Assembly: GCA_963827235.1 (NCBI GenBank)
Contig: CAWHAE010000010.1
Location: forward strand, 864,001 to 928,000
Length of the DNA stretch: 64,000 nucleotides
Reading direction: 5' to 3'
Origin: an uncultured bacterium
GTDB taxonomy: Bacteria > Chloroflexota > UBA5177 > JANWHV01
Shown here: positions 1 through 9,609 of the stretch, piece by piece
How positions within the stretch are numbered: the stretch's first letter is position 1
Layout: each line of letters opens with the position of its first letter
The notes under the pieces: generated by a model
What the model was told of the DNA's origin: nothing
What the model saw: only the letters and a program-made list of their open reading frames with translations
The model's database searches: none
Position numbers and translations under genes: made by a program

Positions 1-79
1 CGCTACAACAACACAGTACCTTGCCGGCATGGTCTCACGCAATCCACAGAGAGGGGGGACCGGTATGGCGGGGACATCG

Positions 80-108
80 TTGACCGGCGTGGTTAGTGAG
101 CATACACT
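80..108 (+). promoter_or_regulatory. sigma70-type promoter of tetR with overlapping palindrome (probable leaderless transcript)
   Basis: TTGACC(80-85)-N17-TACACT(103-108); GTG start at 115 only 6 nt downstream, no SD; AGTG-N6-CACT inverted repeat overlaps the -10. Confidence 0.6.
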
Positions 109-114
109 TACTGT

Positions 115-723
115 GTGAGTACTCCGGCGCACAACCACAACAGTACGGCAGGGGCGCGGCGCGACGAGGTGATCGAAGCGGCGATCATCGAGTTCGCCGA
201 GAAGGGCCTCTACGGTACCGCGACTGAAGACATCGCGAAGCGAGCAGGGATATCTCAGCCGTATATCTTCCGGCTCTTCGGCACCAAGAAGGACTTGTTC
301 CTGGCCGCATCCGAACGTGTCTTCAACCGTATGAGGGATATATTCGTGGCCAGTGCGGCCACGGAGTCGGTGGAGGGCCCTGTGCTGCACCGCATGGGCC
401 ATGGCTTCACCGCCCTGCTCGTCAACCGGGTCGAGCTCCTGATGATGCTCCAGGCCTTCGTGGGCACTGAGGACGCGGACGTGCGCGCCGTGATGCAGGA
501 GCGCATGCTCCAGATGTACCGGCTCGTGCAGCAGCTGTCAGGCGCGCCGGAGCAAGACGTGCAGATGTTCATGGCCACAGGCATGCTGCTGGCAGTGCTT
601 CGTGCCTGCGACCTCCCGCAAGCGCTGCACCTTCCCAATTGGGAAGCCGCGGCCCACATGACAGATCCGATCTACTGTCTACAGTGGCTGCCGCCGCAGG
701 CTCAACAGGACTCCTCGAGGTAG
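115..723 (+). CDS. TetR/AcrR family transcriptional regulator
   Basis: N-terminal HTH: EVIEAAIIEFAEKGLYGTATEDIAKRAGISQPYIFRLFGTKKDLF. Confidence 0.93.
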   Translation: MSTPAHNHNSTAGARRDEVIEAAIIEFAEKGLYGTATEDIAKRAGISQPYIFRLFGTKKDLFLAASERVFNRMRDIFVASAATESVEGPVLHRMGHGFTALLVNRVELLMMLQAFVGTEDADVRAVMQERMLQMYRLVQQLSGAPEQDVQMFMATGMLLAVLRACDLPQALHLPNWEAAAHMTDPIYCLQWLPPQAQQDSSR

Positions 724-1142
724 ATGTCGCGATTCTGCAAGATCATCGCTCGCGCGGGGTCGTCGAGCCCGGTGAAGCCCAGCTTCCTGTACAGACCGTG
801 CGCGTCTCTGGTCAGCAGCAACCAGGTGCGCAGCCCCTGCAGGTGGGGATGCCGCTTAAGGGAATCCACCATGGCGATGGCCAGACCGCGGCCCCTGTGA
901 GCTTCGAGCACGAATACATCTGCCACATACGCGAAGGTGGCATAGTCGCTCACGGCCCGGGCAAAGCCGACCTGGCTTGCGCCGAGATAGGCGCCCACGC
1001 ACAGCGAATGGGCGACCGCCTTGTCGACTACCGAGCGCGGGATACCTCTCGACCAGTAGGCCCGGCTCAGGAAGCCGTGGATCACCTCCAGGTCCAGGCG
1101 CGCAGGATCGTCGCTCACCTCGTAGCTCTCATCGAGTCCCAC
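702..1142 (-). CDS. GNAT family N-acetyltransferase
   Basis: QVGFARAVSDYATFAYVADVFVLEAHRGRGL acetyl-CoA motif, AHGLYRKLGF; start moved to GTG 1142 behind AAAGGTG. Confidence 0.88.
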   Translation of the reverse strand: MGLDESYEVSDDPARLDLEVIHGFLSRAYWSRGIPRSVVDKAVAHSLCVGAYLGASQVGFARAVSDYATFAYVADVFVLEAHRGRGLAIAMVDSLKRHPHLQGLRTWLLLTRDAHGLYRKLGFTGLDDPARAMILQNRDIYLEESC

Positions 1143-1326
1143 CGGCGTCGCACCTTTCCGCAATACGTCGAACGACGGCCTCCCACCTGGGTCCGGCCAA
1201 CCGCCAACCGCCAAAAACCACAGTTTCCGCGACCGCTGTCGCCCCTACCCCATACCTGGCTCGCCGTGGCAGGCATCCCGGTCGCAGACCGGAATCCCAC
1301 CGCAACGACGGGTGGTCGGCCCACCG

Positions 1327-2949
1327 CTAGATCACGGGTCGAGCATCGAGCAGATCGTGCTCTGCCGGTACCGAATGCCCGCCGGCGAGCAACGGAGCCA
1401 GCCGGCGCACGGCAGCGTGAATCAAGTCGGGCGGCAGGGCCGAGTAGCTCAATCTGAAGTATCGCCCGCCCAAATTCGGCCCGGTTGTCGCCTGTGGAAA
1501 GAAGGCCTCCCCTGCCAAGACGGCGACGCCTGCCCGGCTCGCCTCCAGCGCGAAGGCGCGGCTCGACATGCCCTCTGGGAGCCGGCACCAGAGATAGAAT
1601 CCGCCATCGCTTCCCGATTCGGTCGTCACGCCGGGGAGGTCATGCACGCAGGCAAGCGCCACCCGGCGCCGCTCGTTGTAGGTCCGTCGCACCCGAACCA
1701 GGTGCTGCTCGAACGCGCCGCCAGCCATATAGCCCTCCATGGCGTATTGGGCGAGCATGCCAGTCTGCAGGTCGGCAAACTGTTTGGCCAAGGTCAGCCT
1801 GCCGATGTAGGCGCGAGGCGCCGCCACCCAGCCAAGCCGCAGCGCAGGTGCTACCGTCTTTGAGAATGTGCCCAAATACACCACGTAGCCGTGGCTGTCG
1901 AGCGACTTTAGCGGAGGCGGCCCGGTATCGTCTCGCCAGAGCTCACCGTAGGCATCGTCCTCGAGAATCGGCACGGCATAGCGGCGGGCCAGAGAGAGGA
2001 GATGCATCCGGCGATCGTGCGGCATCGTGGCGTTCGTGGGATTGTGCAGCGTCGGCTGCACGACGATGAGCCTGGTACGTCCTCGGGCCAGCACGGCTGC
2101 CGCATCCTCCACGCGCATGCCATGCCGATCGACGGGTACTCCGACCACGCGAGCCCCAGCCGCGGCAAAGGTCTGCAAGATACCCACGTACGTGGGCGCC
2201 TCGACGATCACCTCGTCGCCCGGCTCGACCAACGTCCGAGCAGCCAGCGAGAGACCCTGCGTCGCGCCGGAGAGCACGATCAGCTCGCCCGGGCCCACGC
2301 CCACCCCACGACCAGTCAGATGCGCTGCTATCCGAGCTCGGAGCGAGGCCAGCCCTTCTACCGGCCCGTACCCCAGGGCACTCCCCTGGGCGCGCTCGAG
2401 CACAGTATTGCAGGCTTCGCGCAGCGCGTCCGCCGGTATCAAGTCGGGACCCGGAGCCCCTGCCGCCATGCTGAGCAGGTCTCCACGCTCGTAGTTGTCT
2501 GAGATGTCGCGCAACAGACCCGGATCCGGGCCGAGATGGCCGTTCCCGAAGTCCGGCAGCGACAGAATCCAGCCGGGAAGGCGGTCGCCGGCCGTCTGAT
2601 CGGGCGGAAAGCGGGCGCCGCGGTCCCGCGCCGCCACCACCGTGCCACGGCCGGGGCGGGCCACGACCAGGCCTTCGTCGACCAGCTCCTGGTAGGCACG
2701 CATGATGGTAGTGCGATTGACTCCCAGGCTCGCGGCCAGATCTCTCTCCGGCTGCAGACGGTCCCCGCTGACCAGCGACCCCTCGAGAATGGCCGAGCGA
2801 ATACCGCTATGAATCTGGCGGAATAGAGGCGGTGCGCCTCCATCCCGCTCGAGCGTCAGGGCGAGCGGACCCGCCACCACGGGCCGGCGTGCGGACTGCA
2901 CCGAGCCACCGGCCAGCGCCTGCACACGACTACGCTGTGCCCGATCCAA
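1327..2949 (-). CDS. MocR/GabR-family regulator (GntR HTH + PLP aminotransferase domain)
   Basis: wHTH GDRLQPERDLAASLGVNRTTIMRAYQEL; EDDAY and GTFSKTVAPALRLG PLP-Lys motif. Confidence 0.92.
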   Translation of the reverse strand: MDRAQRSRVQALAGGSVQSARRPVVAGPLALTLERDGGAPPLFRQIHSGIRSAILEGSLVSGDRLQPERDLAASLGVNRTTIMRAYQELVDEGLVVARPGRGTVVAARDRGARFPPDQTAGDRLPGWILSLPDFGNGHLGPDPGLLRDISDNYERGDLLSMAAGAPGPDLIPADALREACNTVLERAQGSALGYGPVEGLASLRARIAAHLTGRGVGVGPGELIVLSGATQGLSLAARTLVEPGDEVIVEAPTYVGILQTFAAAGARVVGVPVDRHGMRVEDAAAVLARGRTRLIVVQPTLHNPTNATMPHDRRMHLLSLARRYAVPILEDDAYGELWRDDTGPPPLKSLDSHGYVVYLGTFSKTVAPALRLGWVAAPRAYIGRLTLAKQFADLQTGMLAQYAMEGYMAGGAFEQHLVRVRRTYNERRRVALACVHDLPGVTTESGSDGGFYLWCRLPEGMSSRAFALEASRAGVAVLAGEAFFPQATTGPNLGGRYFRLSYSALPPDLIHAAVRRLAPLLAGGHSVPAEHDLLDARPVI

Positions 2950-2951
2950 AG

Positions 2952-3740
2952 CTAGACCAGCTTTCCGTTCAGCACCGTGACCGCCCGGCCGCCGATCGCC
3001 ACCCTGTCCCCCCTGACCTCTACGGTCAGTTCACCGCCGCGGCGCGACGCCTGAAAGGCCTCCATGCGCGCCTTCCCGGTGCGGACCGCCCAGTATGGAG
3101 CGAGCGCGCAGTGCGCCGACCCCGTCACCGGATCTTCGTCGATTCCCACTCCAGGCGCGAAGTACCGGGATACGAAGTCGAGTCGCGGCTCCTCTGACGT
3201 GGCGGTGACTATCAGCCCGTGGTCAACGACCCGCCGGAGAATCGTCATGTCCGGGGTCAGCTCGCGCACCTCGCGGGCCGTGGCCAGCTCAACGAACAGG
3301 TCGTGATCCGCCACGCCCTGCCACGACGGTGATACGCCTATCGCCTGCCTTACCGCGGGCGGCAGATCGGCGGCTCGCGCGCTACGGGCGGGCATGTCCA
3401 GCCAGATCAGCCCGTCCGCCATCCGAGCACCCAGCTCGCCGCTCCTGGTGTGGAAGTGGATCGAACGGTCGCGCGGCACGATTGCTTCCTCCCAGAGCAC
3501 GTGCGCGCTGGCCAGTGTCGCGTGCCCGCACAGATCGACTTCCACTGCCGGAGTAAGCCATCGCAGGCGAAAGCAATCGTCTTCTGGCAACAGAAAGGCC
3601 GTCTCGGACAGGTTCATTTCCGCCGCGACCTCCTGCAACCAGCTATCCGGCATGGCGGCCTCGAGCAGGCAAACTGCCGCGGGGTTTCCCCGGAACGGCT
3701 TGGACGTGAATGCATCCACCTGAATCAACCGATGTGCCAT
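2952..3740 (-). CDS. PhzF family isomerase/epimerase
   Basis: QVDAFTSKPFRGNPAAV, MNLSETAF, EVDLCGHATLA, EDPVTGSAHC; ATG 3740 with GAGGAG SD. Confidence 0.93.
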   Translation of the reverse strand: MAHRLIQVDAFTSKPFRGNPAAVCLLEAAMPDSWLQEVAAEMNLSETAFLLPEDDCFRLRWLTPAVEVDLCGHATLASAHVLWEEAIVPRDRSIHFHTRSGELGARMADGLIWLDMPARSARAADLPPAVRQAIGVSPSWQGVADHDLFVELATAREVRELTPDMTILRRVVDHGLIVTATSEEPRLDFVSRYFAPGVGIDEDPVTGSAHCALAPYWAVRTGKARMEAFQASRRGGELTVEVRGDRVAIGGRAVTVLNGKLV

Positions 3741-3753
3741 GTCAGTTGACTCC

Positions 3754-5010
3754 TCAGAGCGTGGCGACGCCGGCAAGCGCGCGATCACCGCCCGGCAGTC
3801 GCTCTCTCAGCAGTTCGCCCAGGCGACCGATGCCATCCTCGATCGCCGCCGGCTTCGGGTGGGAGAAATTGAGGCGCAGCGTGTTGGCGCCCGATCCATC
3901 GGTGAAGAACGCGTTGCCGGGCACGAACGCTACCTTGCGCGCTACCGCTTCCGTCAACAGCGCGGTGGCGTCGCTCTGCTCGGGCAGGGTCAGCCACGTG
4001 AACAATCCGCCCTCCGGATGCGTCCAGTGGCAACTTGTCGGGAAGCATCTGTCCATGGTGGCCAGCATAGTGTCCCGCCGCTCTCGATAGACGTCGCGGA
4101 GCGTGCTAACGTGGCCATCGATATCGTTATGCCGGCAATAGTCCAACAGTGCCCGCTGAGACAGGCTGTCGGTATGCAGATCGGCAGCTTGCTTTGCCAA
4201 AACCATCTGGCCAATTAGCGGCCGCGGCCCGATGACGTATCCCAGGCGCAGACCCGGCGCAAGCGTCTTGCTGAAGGTACCGAGGTACACTGCGTCGGCG
4301 CCGCCCCGTAGCGCCAGGAAAGGCGGCACAGACTGCCCGCTGTATCGCAGATCGCCGTACGGATCGTCTTCCACGATCGGCACGCCGTAGCGATTTGTTG
4401 CCTCGAGAAGCAGCTCGCGCCTCTCGAGCGACATCGTCACGCCTGAAGGATTCTGAAAGGTCGCCACCGTGTACACAAGCTGAATCCGGACGCCGGGGCG
4501 TGCAAGGATGACTTCCGCCTCGTTCGCCAGGATGCCGTGCTCGTCCATGGGAACCGGATAGAAGCGAGGCTCGCGCAGCATAAACGCCTGCAGTGCACCG
4601 ACATAGCTGGGCGACTCGATCATCACGCCCAAGCCCGGTCGCGCCAGCACCAGGCTCAGGAGCAGCAACGCCTGTTGCGAGCCCGTGGTGACCAGGACGT
4701 TCTCCGGCGCGACCATCATACCGCGCTGAACCGCTCGCTCGGCTAGAAACACTCTGAGTGGCTGGTATCCCTCGGTGGCGCCGTACTGCAGGGCATCCCG
4801 GCCGTCGTCTCTCAACACCCGGTCGAACGACTCACGAACAGCATCCAGTGGAAACAACTCCGGCGCCGGAAGGCCCCCGGCGAAGCTGATGATGTCCGGC
4901 CTGGCCGTGACCGCCAGCAGATCGCGAATGGCGGACCCGCGCAGCCGCTTCTCAGATCCTTCGAACAGTTGGTCCCACGAGAGTGCCATAACATTGCGCT
5001 CCATATTCAC
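3754..5010 (-). CDS. PLP-dependent class I aminotransferase (LysN/2-aminoadipate transaminase-like)
   Basis: SAIRDLL..IISFAGGLPAPELFP, FQNPSG, EDDPY, GTFSKTLAPGLRLG. Confidence 0.9.
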   Translation of the reverse strand: MNMERNVMALSWDQLFEGSEKRLRGSAIRDLLAVTARPDIISFAGGLPAPELFPLDAVRESFDRVLRDDGRDALQYGATEGYQPLRVFLAERAVQRGMMVAPENVLVTTGSQQALLLLSLVLARPGLGVMIESPSYVGALQAFMLREPRFYPVPMDEHGILANEAEVILARPGVRIQLVYTVATFQNPSGVTMSLERRELLLEATNRYGVPIVEDDPYGDLRYSGQSVPPFLALRGGADAVYLGTFSKTLAPGLRLGYVIGPRPLIGQMVLAKQAADLHTDSLSQRALLDYCRHNDIDGHVSTLRDVYRERRDTMLATMDRCFPTSCHWTHPEGGLFTWLTLPEQSDATALLTEAVARKVAFVPGNAFFTDGSGANTLRLNFSHPKPAAIEDGIGRLGELLRERLPGGDRALAGVATL

Positions 5011-5032
5011 GCATGTGGCCGGGCATCTTCAA

Positions 5033-5140
5033 CATTTGGCTGACGAGCCAAACTCGCACCCATGGCTCTGTATCACCCATTCTACGCATCAGTACACCAT
5101 CTGCGAACAGCCAAACCAGCCAATCCATGTCAGCCAAATG
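5033..5140. promoter_or_regulatory. Probable MocR operator array upstream of aminotransferase operon
   Basis: 12-bp perfect IR CATTTGGCTGAC(5033-5044)/GTCAGCCAAATG(5129-5140); TTTGGCT-N4-AGCCAAA palindrome; repeated AGCCAA; TAGAAT -10 on minus strand near 5078-5083. Confidence 0.55.
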
Positions 5141-5229
5141 AGGCTGGGAGTGGAATTGCGATTCGCAGAGAATCCCGCGGCGCCACGACACGGCGGCCGG
5201 CGAACAGGATTCGGCGGGCCGCTGCAGGG

Positions 5230-6375
5230 TCAGCGGCGAGGTTCTCGCTCTGGTTGTCGACGCGTCGTCTCTGTGCGGAGCTGGCCGCAAGCAGCGGCAA
5301 TGCGCGATCCCTTCGTGTCGCGGATCGTGACCGGAAGTCCATGTTCGGCCAGCCGGTCGCGGAAATCCAGGATCGCGGAGACCGACGACGGCTGAAAGGC
5401 AAGTCCGTCCACCCGATTCCAAGGGATGAGGTTGACGTGGCAGAGCAGCCCTCGCAAGAGATGAGCCAGCGCATCCGCGTTCTGCAGACTATCGTTGACT
5501 CCGGCCAGCATCGTGTACTCGAAGCTGAGCCGGCGGTGGGTAGCCGTCACGTAGTCGCGACAGGCGGGCATCAGCTCGGATAACGGGTAACGCCTGTTGA
5601 GCGGCACAAGCCGGCTGCGCAGCTCGTCGTCCGCGGCATGGAGTGATACCGCCAACCCGACCTGACTGCGTTGCGCAGACAACCGGCGGATGCCCGGCAC
5701 AACGCCGGAGGTCGAGATGGTGAAGTGTCGCGCCCCGAGACCGAATCCCGTCGCCTCGCTGAGCACCTCAATCGACGTCCAGACCGCATCGTAGTTGAGC
5801 AGGGGTTCGCCCATGCCCATGTACACGACATTCGTGACGCGCTCCTCGCGCTCCTGCAGCACACGAGCGAAATGGAGCACCTGCTCTACCATCTCCGACG
5901 CGGTAAGGTGACGAGTCCATCCCATCTGCCCGGTGGCACAGAAGGCGCACTTCAGCGGACAGCCGACCTGTGTGGACAAGCATACGGTGTGCCGGCGGCC
6001 ACCATCCTCGTCGACGTAGCCCATCAAGACACCCTCGATGAGCGCCCCGTCGTCGAGCCTGAACAGCGCCTTGCTGGTGCTGCTGCCGGGATCGGAGAGC
6101 TCACGATCTACCGAGATCTCCGCCATGGTCGCCGTCGCCGACAGTTCCGCTCTCAGGCTCGAAGGCAGGTCGGTCAGGTCGGCGAACGAACGCTCCAGCC
6201 GGCGGAAGAGACCGGCCTGGATCTGGTTGGCGCGGTATGCGGGCAGGCCGCGGCCCTTCACCCAAGCCCTGAGATCGGCCAGCGGCTTGCCCGCTAGAGG
6301 CTCACGAGAGCCCGGCGCCGGCACCAGCGCGGACGAGTTGGGCTGCGTGGTCGGTTGCGGAGCCGTCTCAGCCAT
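5230..6375 (-). CDS. rlmN: 23S rRNA/tRNA adenine-C2 methyltransferase RlmN
   Basis: Radical-SAM CPLKCAFC, MGMGEP, SLHA, C-terminal AAACGQL. Confidence 0.95.
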   Translation of the reverse strand: MAETAPQPTTQPNSSALVPAPGSREPLAGKPLADLRAWVKGRGLPAYRANQIQAGLFRRLERSFADLTDLPSSLRAELSATATMAEISVDRELSDPGSSTSKALFRLDDGALIEGVLMGYVDEDGGRRHTVCLSTQVGCPLKCAFCATGQMGWTRHLTASEMVEQVLHFARVLQEREERVTNVVYMGMGEPLLNYDAVWTSIEVLSEATGFGLGARHFTISTSGVVPGIRRLSAQRSQVGLAVSLHAADDELRSRLVPLNRRYPLSELMPACRDYVTATHRRLSFEYTMLAGVNDSLQNADALAHLLRGLLCHVNLIPWNRVDGLAFQPSSVSAILDFRDRLAEHGLPVTIRDTKGSRIAAACGQLRTETTRRQPEREPRR

Positions 6376-6412
6376 CACGAATCGCCCAGACGCAGGGTGA
6401 ATTGCCTCGCCA

Positions 6413-6760
6413 TCAGCGCCTCGCCCAAACCGCGTTGACCGCGATGAGCATGACACAGACCACTACCAGGCCAGCCAGCCCCGCCGACGACACGGCAATG
6501 GCCACCAGCGGTACGCCGATGCCAATGGAGCCCAGGATGACCGGGATCTCATTACCCGCGATGCCGACTCTCCTACCCGCGGCCTGCTGCTTAAGTCGCC
6601 AGTCGACCTGCGCCTCAATGCTACTCTGCATGCCAACCAGGATCTGCTGCGCCAGGTCGTGAGCCGAGACGCCCTCGATCGTTGCCTGCGGATACGCGGC
6701 ACGCATCGAGCCACCACTTTCATCGGCGGGCTGCGGTTCCACGACCGAATACTCGCTCAC
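6413..6760 (-). CDS. Small hypothetical membrane protein (two C-terminal TM helices)
   Basis: GTG 6760 with GGAGG SD; hydrophobic IPVILGSIGIGVPLVAIA...LVVVCVMLIAVNAVW. Confidence 0.65.
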   Translation of the reverse strand: MSEYSVVEPQPADESGGSMRAAYPQATIEGVSAHDLAQQILVGMQSSIEAQVDWRLKQQAAGRRVGIAGNEIPVILGSIGIGVPLVAIAVSSAGLAGLVVVCVMLIAVNAVWARR

Positions 6761-7083
6761 TGCACCGCCTCCTCTGCGCAGGCGCCAGTCAAGCTGCCGC
6801 CGTCCGCGTGCCGAGGCACCGGGACCGACCCGCCTCGGCTCTGCACTCCGACTGCCACGTCTCTGATGAGAACCGCCTCTCCGGGGTTGAGCGCCCGGCC
6901 CGAGCGGCACGACACCACGTCACGACGCCTCCACCATGGTAGCAGACCACCGGATCGGGCCTTGTGTCTGCAACAGGCACGCCATGGTAAGCTGAGTCGC
7001 GGATGCCAAGCCCGCGAGCAACGACCGCGTGTGCCGGAGCTGAGGCGAGAACAGCGGTCGATACGGCCAATGGGAGTGGGTGG

Positions 7084-8058
7084 GTGAGCAACGAGGCCAT
7101 TGTTGCGCTGGCCGGCGGAGTAGGCGGGGCCAAGCTCGCCGACGGCCTCTGCGCGGAGCTACCGAGCGGGGCGCTGACCGTGATCGTTAACACGGCGGAC
7201 GACTTTGTGATTCACGGCCTGCATGTGTCGCCGGACCTCGATACCGTGATGTATACCCTGGCCGGCCTTGCCAATCCGGCCACCGGGTGGGGCATCGTCG
7301 CCGACACGTTTGACGGTCTGGACATGCTCGGGCGGTACGGTGCACCCGACTGGTTTCAGCTTGGAGACCGCGATATCGCGACGCATATCCTGCGCACGGC
7401 GGCCTTGCGCAGCGGCGAGACGCTGACGCAGGTCACCCGGAGCTTGGCGAGCGCTCTGGGGATACAGGCCGCCCTACTGCCGATGTGCGACGAGCTGGTA
7501 CAGACTGTCATCGTCGCGGACGAGGGTGAATTCGCCTTTCAGGAGTACTTCGTGAAGCGCCGAGCCCAAGATCACGTGCGCTCCGTTCGTCTGCAAGGTA
7601 TCAAGGCCGCTACGTTGAGCGGCGGTGTTCAAACGGCGATCGAGCGGTGCAGCGCCGTCGTGCTTTGCCCGTCGAATCCGTTCGTCAGTATCGCGCCTAT
7701 CCTGAGCGTGCCAGGCCTGAGGGAGAGCATCGTTCAGAGGCGGGTACCAATAGTGGCGGTGAGTCCGATAGTCGCCGGGCGGGCTCTGAAGGGCCCTGCC
7801 GCCGCGATGCTGGAAAGCCTCGGTATGGATGTGAGCGTAGCAGGAGTTGCCGGTGTCTACGCGGACCTGGGCATCACCCTGCTGATCGACGAGATCGATC
7901 AGGACTACGCGGCCGCGATCGCAGAGCGCGGAGTGCGCCCGGCCGTGGCTCCGATTGTCATGCACACGGTGGAGGATCGCCGATCGCTGGCCAGAAGAGT
8001 GATCGCTCTTGCAGGCAAGCTAGCCGTGGAAGGGCGCACCCCGGGAGCCGGCCGGTGA
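7084..8058 (+). CDS. cofD: 2-phospho-L-lactate transferase (F420 biosynthesis)
   Basis: ALAGGVGGAKL, NTADD, SPDLDTVMYTLAG, WFQLGDRD, FQEYFV, CPSNPFVSI. Confidence 0.95.
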   Translation: MSNEAIVALAGGVGGAKLADGLCAELPSGALTVIVNTADDFVIHGLHVSPDLDTVMYTLAGLANPATGWGIVADTFDGLDMLGRYGAPDWFQLGDRDIATHILRTAALRSGETLTQVTRSLASALGIQAALLPMCDELVQTVIVADEGEFAFQEYFVKRRAQDHVRSVRLQGIKAATLSGGVQTAIERCSAVVLCPSNPFVSIAPILSVPGLRESIVQRRVPIVAVSPIVAGRALKGPAAAMLESLGMDVSVAGVAGVYADLGITLLIDEIDQDYAAAIAERGVRPAVAPIVMHTVEDRRSLARRVIALAGKLAVEGRTPGAGR

Positions 8059-8834
8059 CCGTCTGGGCACTCATCCCGGCCAAGGACGCAGCACGTGCGA
8101 AATCGCGCCTTGCTCGCAGTCTGTCGCCACAGGCACGCCGCACGTTTGCCCTGCGGACCCTGCGCCACGTGGTCGGCGCGGCCGTGGCGACCGGTGCAAT
8201 CGACCGCTGTGTCGTGATCAGCGCGGCGCAGGAAGTGCTGGAGGTGGCGGCCGCTGCCGGTGCCACACCGCTTCGGGAGCTGCCGCCGGCGCGCCGGCCC
8301 GCGGGTGCCGGCAGCGGCGTGGAGCAGGGGCTAAACAGCGCTCTGGCACAGGGTATACAGTTGGCCGTGGCCGGCGGAGCTTCGGCCGTGCTCTTGATGG
8401 CCGCCGACCTGCCGCTCGTCGACCCGGCAACGCTCACTACACTCGTAGACTGTCTTGGCAAGAGCGACGGCGTGGTACTGGCACCGGACCGGCACGGTCA
8501 GGGTACAAATGCACTGGTCATCCGCCCGCCGCGGGCCCTGCCGCCGGCGTTCGGCCCTGACAGCTTGCGCCGACATCGCGAACTGGCCCTGGCGCGCGGA
8601 CTGGAGGTGCGGATCTGCAGCCTCGAAGGTCTGGCGCTGGACGTGGACACCGAAGAGGACGTACGCGAGTTTGTGCGGGCCCGACGGCGCGTGGGAGACT
8701 GGGAGAGCGAGTGCCTGGAATGGTTCGGCGGCGGCTCGGAGAACTGCCTGTCGCCGTGCGCGCCGGATCGCGCGCCTCGGGCGGGCAAGCAGGGAGAGCA
8801 GGCTGGGATGGAGACGTGCGCATATGGGCGATGA
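8055..8834 (+). CDS. cofC: 2-phospho-L-lactate/PEP guanylyltransferase
   Basis: ALIPAK..AKSRL, ADLPL, APDRHGQGTNAL, FGPDS..RH, LDVDTEED; GTGA overlap with cofD stop. Confidence 0.92.
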   Translation: MTVWALIPAKDAARAKSRLARSLSPQARRTFALRTLRHVVGAAVATGAIDRCVVISAAQEVLEVAAAAGATPLRELPPARRPAGAGSGVEQGLNSALAQGIQLAVAGGASAVLLMAADLPLVDPATLTTLVDCLGKSDGVVLAPDRHGQGTNALVIRPPRALPPAFGPDSLRRHRELALARGLEVRICSLEGLALDVDTEEDVREFVRARRRVGDWESECLEWFGGGSENCLSPCAPDRAPRAGKQGEQAGMETCAYGR

Positions 8835-9588
8835 GCGTGGCAGCGTGCAGGTGCTGCCGGTGCGGGGACTGCCCGAGATCAAACCGGGCGATGATCTGGG
8901 GCGGCTGATCTACGACGCCCTGTTTGCAGCCGACCAGCACCCGCATGCAGGGGACATTCTGGTGGTAACGCACAAAGCTGTTGCTAAGGCGGAGCATCGC
9001 CTGGTGGACCTGCGCGACATCGAGCCCTCGCCGTTCGCGGTGCAGTTCGCACAGCGCTGGCAGAAGGACCCGCGGCAGGTGGAGGTGGTGCTACGAGAGA
9101 GCGAGCGTATCGTGCGGATGGACCACGGCGTGATAATCGCTCAGACCAGGCACGGCTTGATCTGCGCCAACGCCGGGGTGGACCGCTCCAATCTGGCCGG
9201 CGAGGAGCAGGTATGCCTGCTGCCGGCTGACCCGGATGCCTCCGCACGACGGATCGTCGAGACCTTCGGTGCGCTGGCCGGCATACAGGTGGCAGTGGTG
9301 GTGGCGGATACCTTCGGCAGAGCCTGGCGGGAAGGCCTGACCAACGTAGCAATCGGGGTAGCAGGGATGCGGGCCATCCGAAGCTACGTGGGCATGCTCG
9401 ATGCGCAGGGTCGAGCGCTGCGCGTAACCGCGCTGGCCGTGGCCGACGAGCTGGCGGGAGCGGCCGAGCTGGTCATGGGCAAGCTGGACCGCGTACCGGT
9501 GGCCTTGGTGCGCGGGTACGAGTATGAGGTGGGCGCGGGCAGCGGCCAGGAGCTCATTCGAGATCCGGCACTGGACATGTTCCGCTAG
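8824..9588 (+). CDS. cofE: Coenzyme F420-0:L-glutamate ligase
   Basis: GLPEIKPGDDL, VTHKAVAKAE, CANAGVDRSN, DTFGRAWREG, ADELA, DMFR end. Confidence 0.94.
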   Translation: MGDERGSVQVLPVRGLPEIKPGDDLGRLIYDALFAADQHPHAGDILVVTHKAVAKAEHRLVDLRDIEPSPFAVQFAQRWQKDPRQVEVVLRESERIVRMDHGVIIAQTRHGLICANAGVDRSNLAGEEQVCLLPADPDASARRIVETFGALAGIQVAVVVADTFGRAWREGLTNVAIGVAGMRAIRSYVGMLDAQGRALRVTALAVADELAGAAELVMGKLDRVPVALVRGYEYEVGAGSGQELIRDPALDMFR

Positions 9589-9609
9589 CAGCGGGGAAGG
9601 CAGGAAGAG

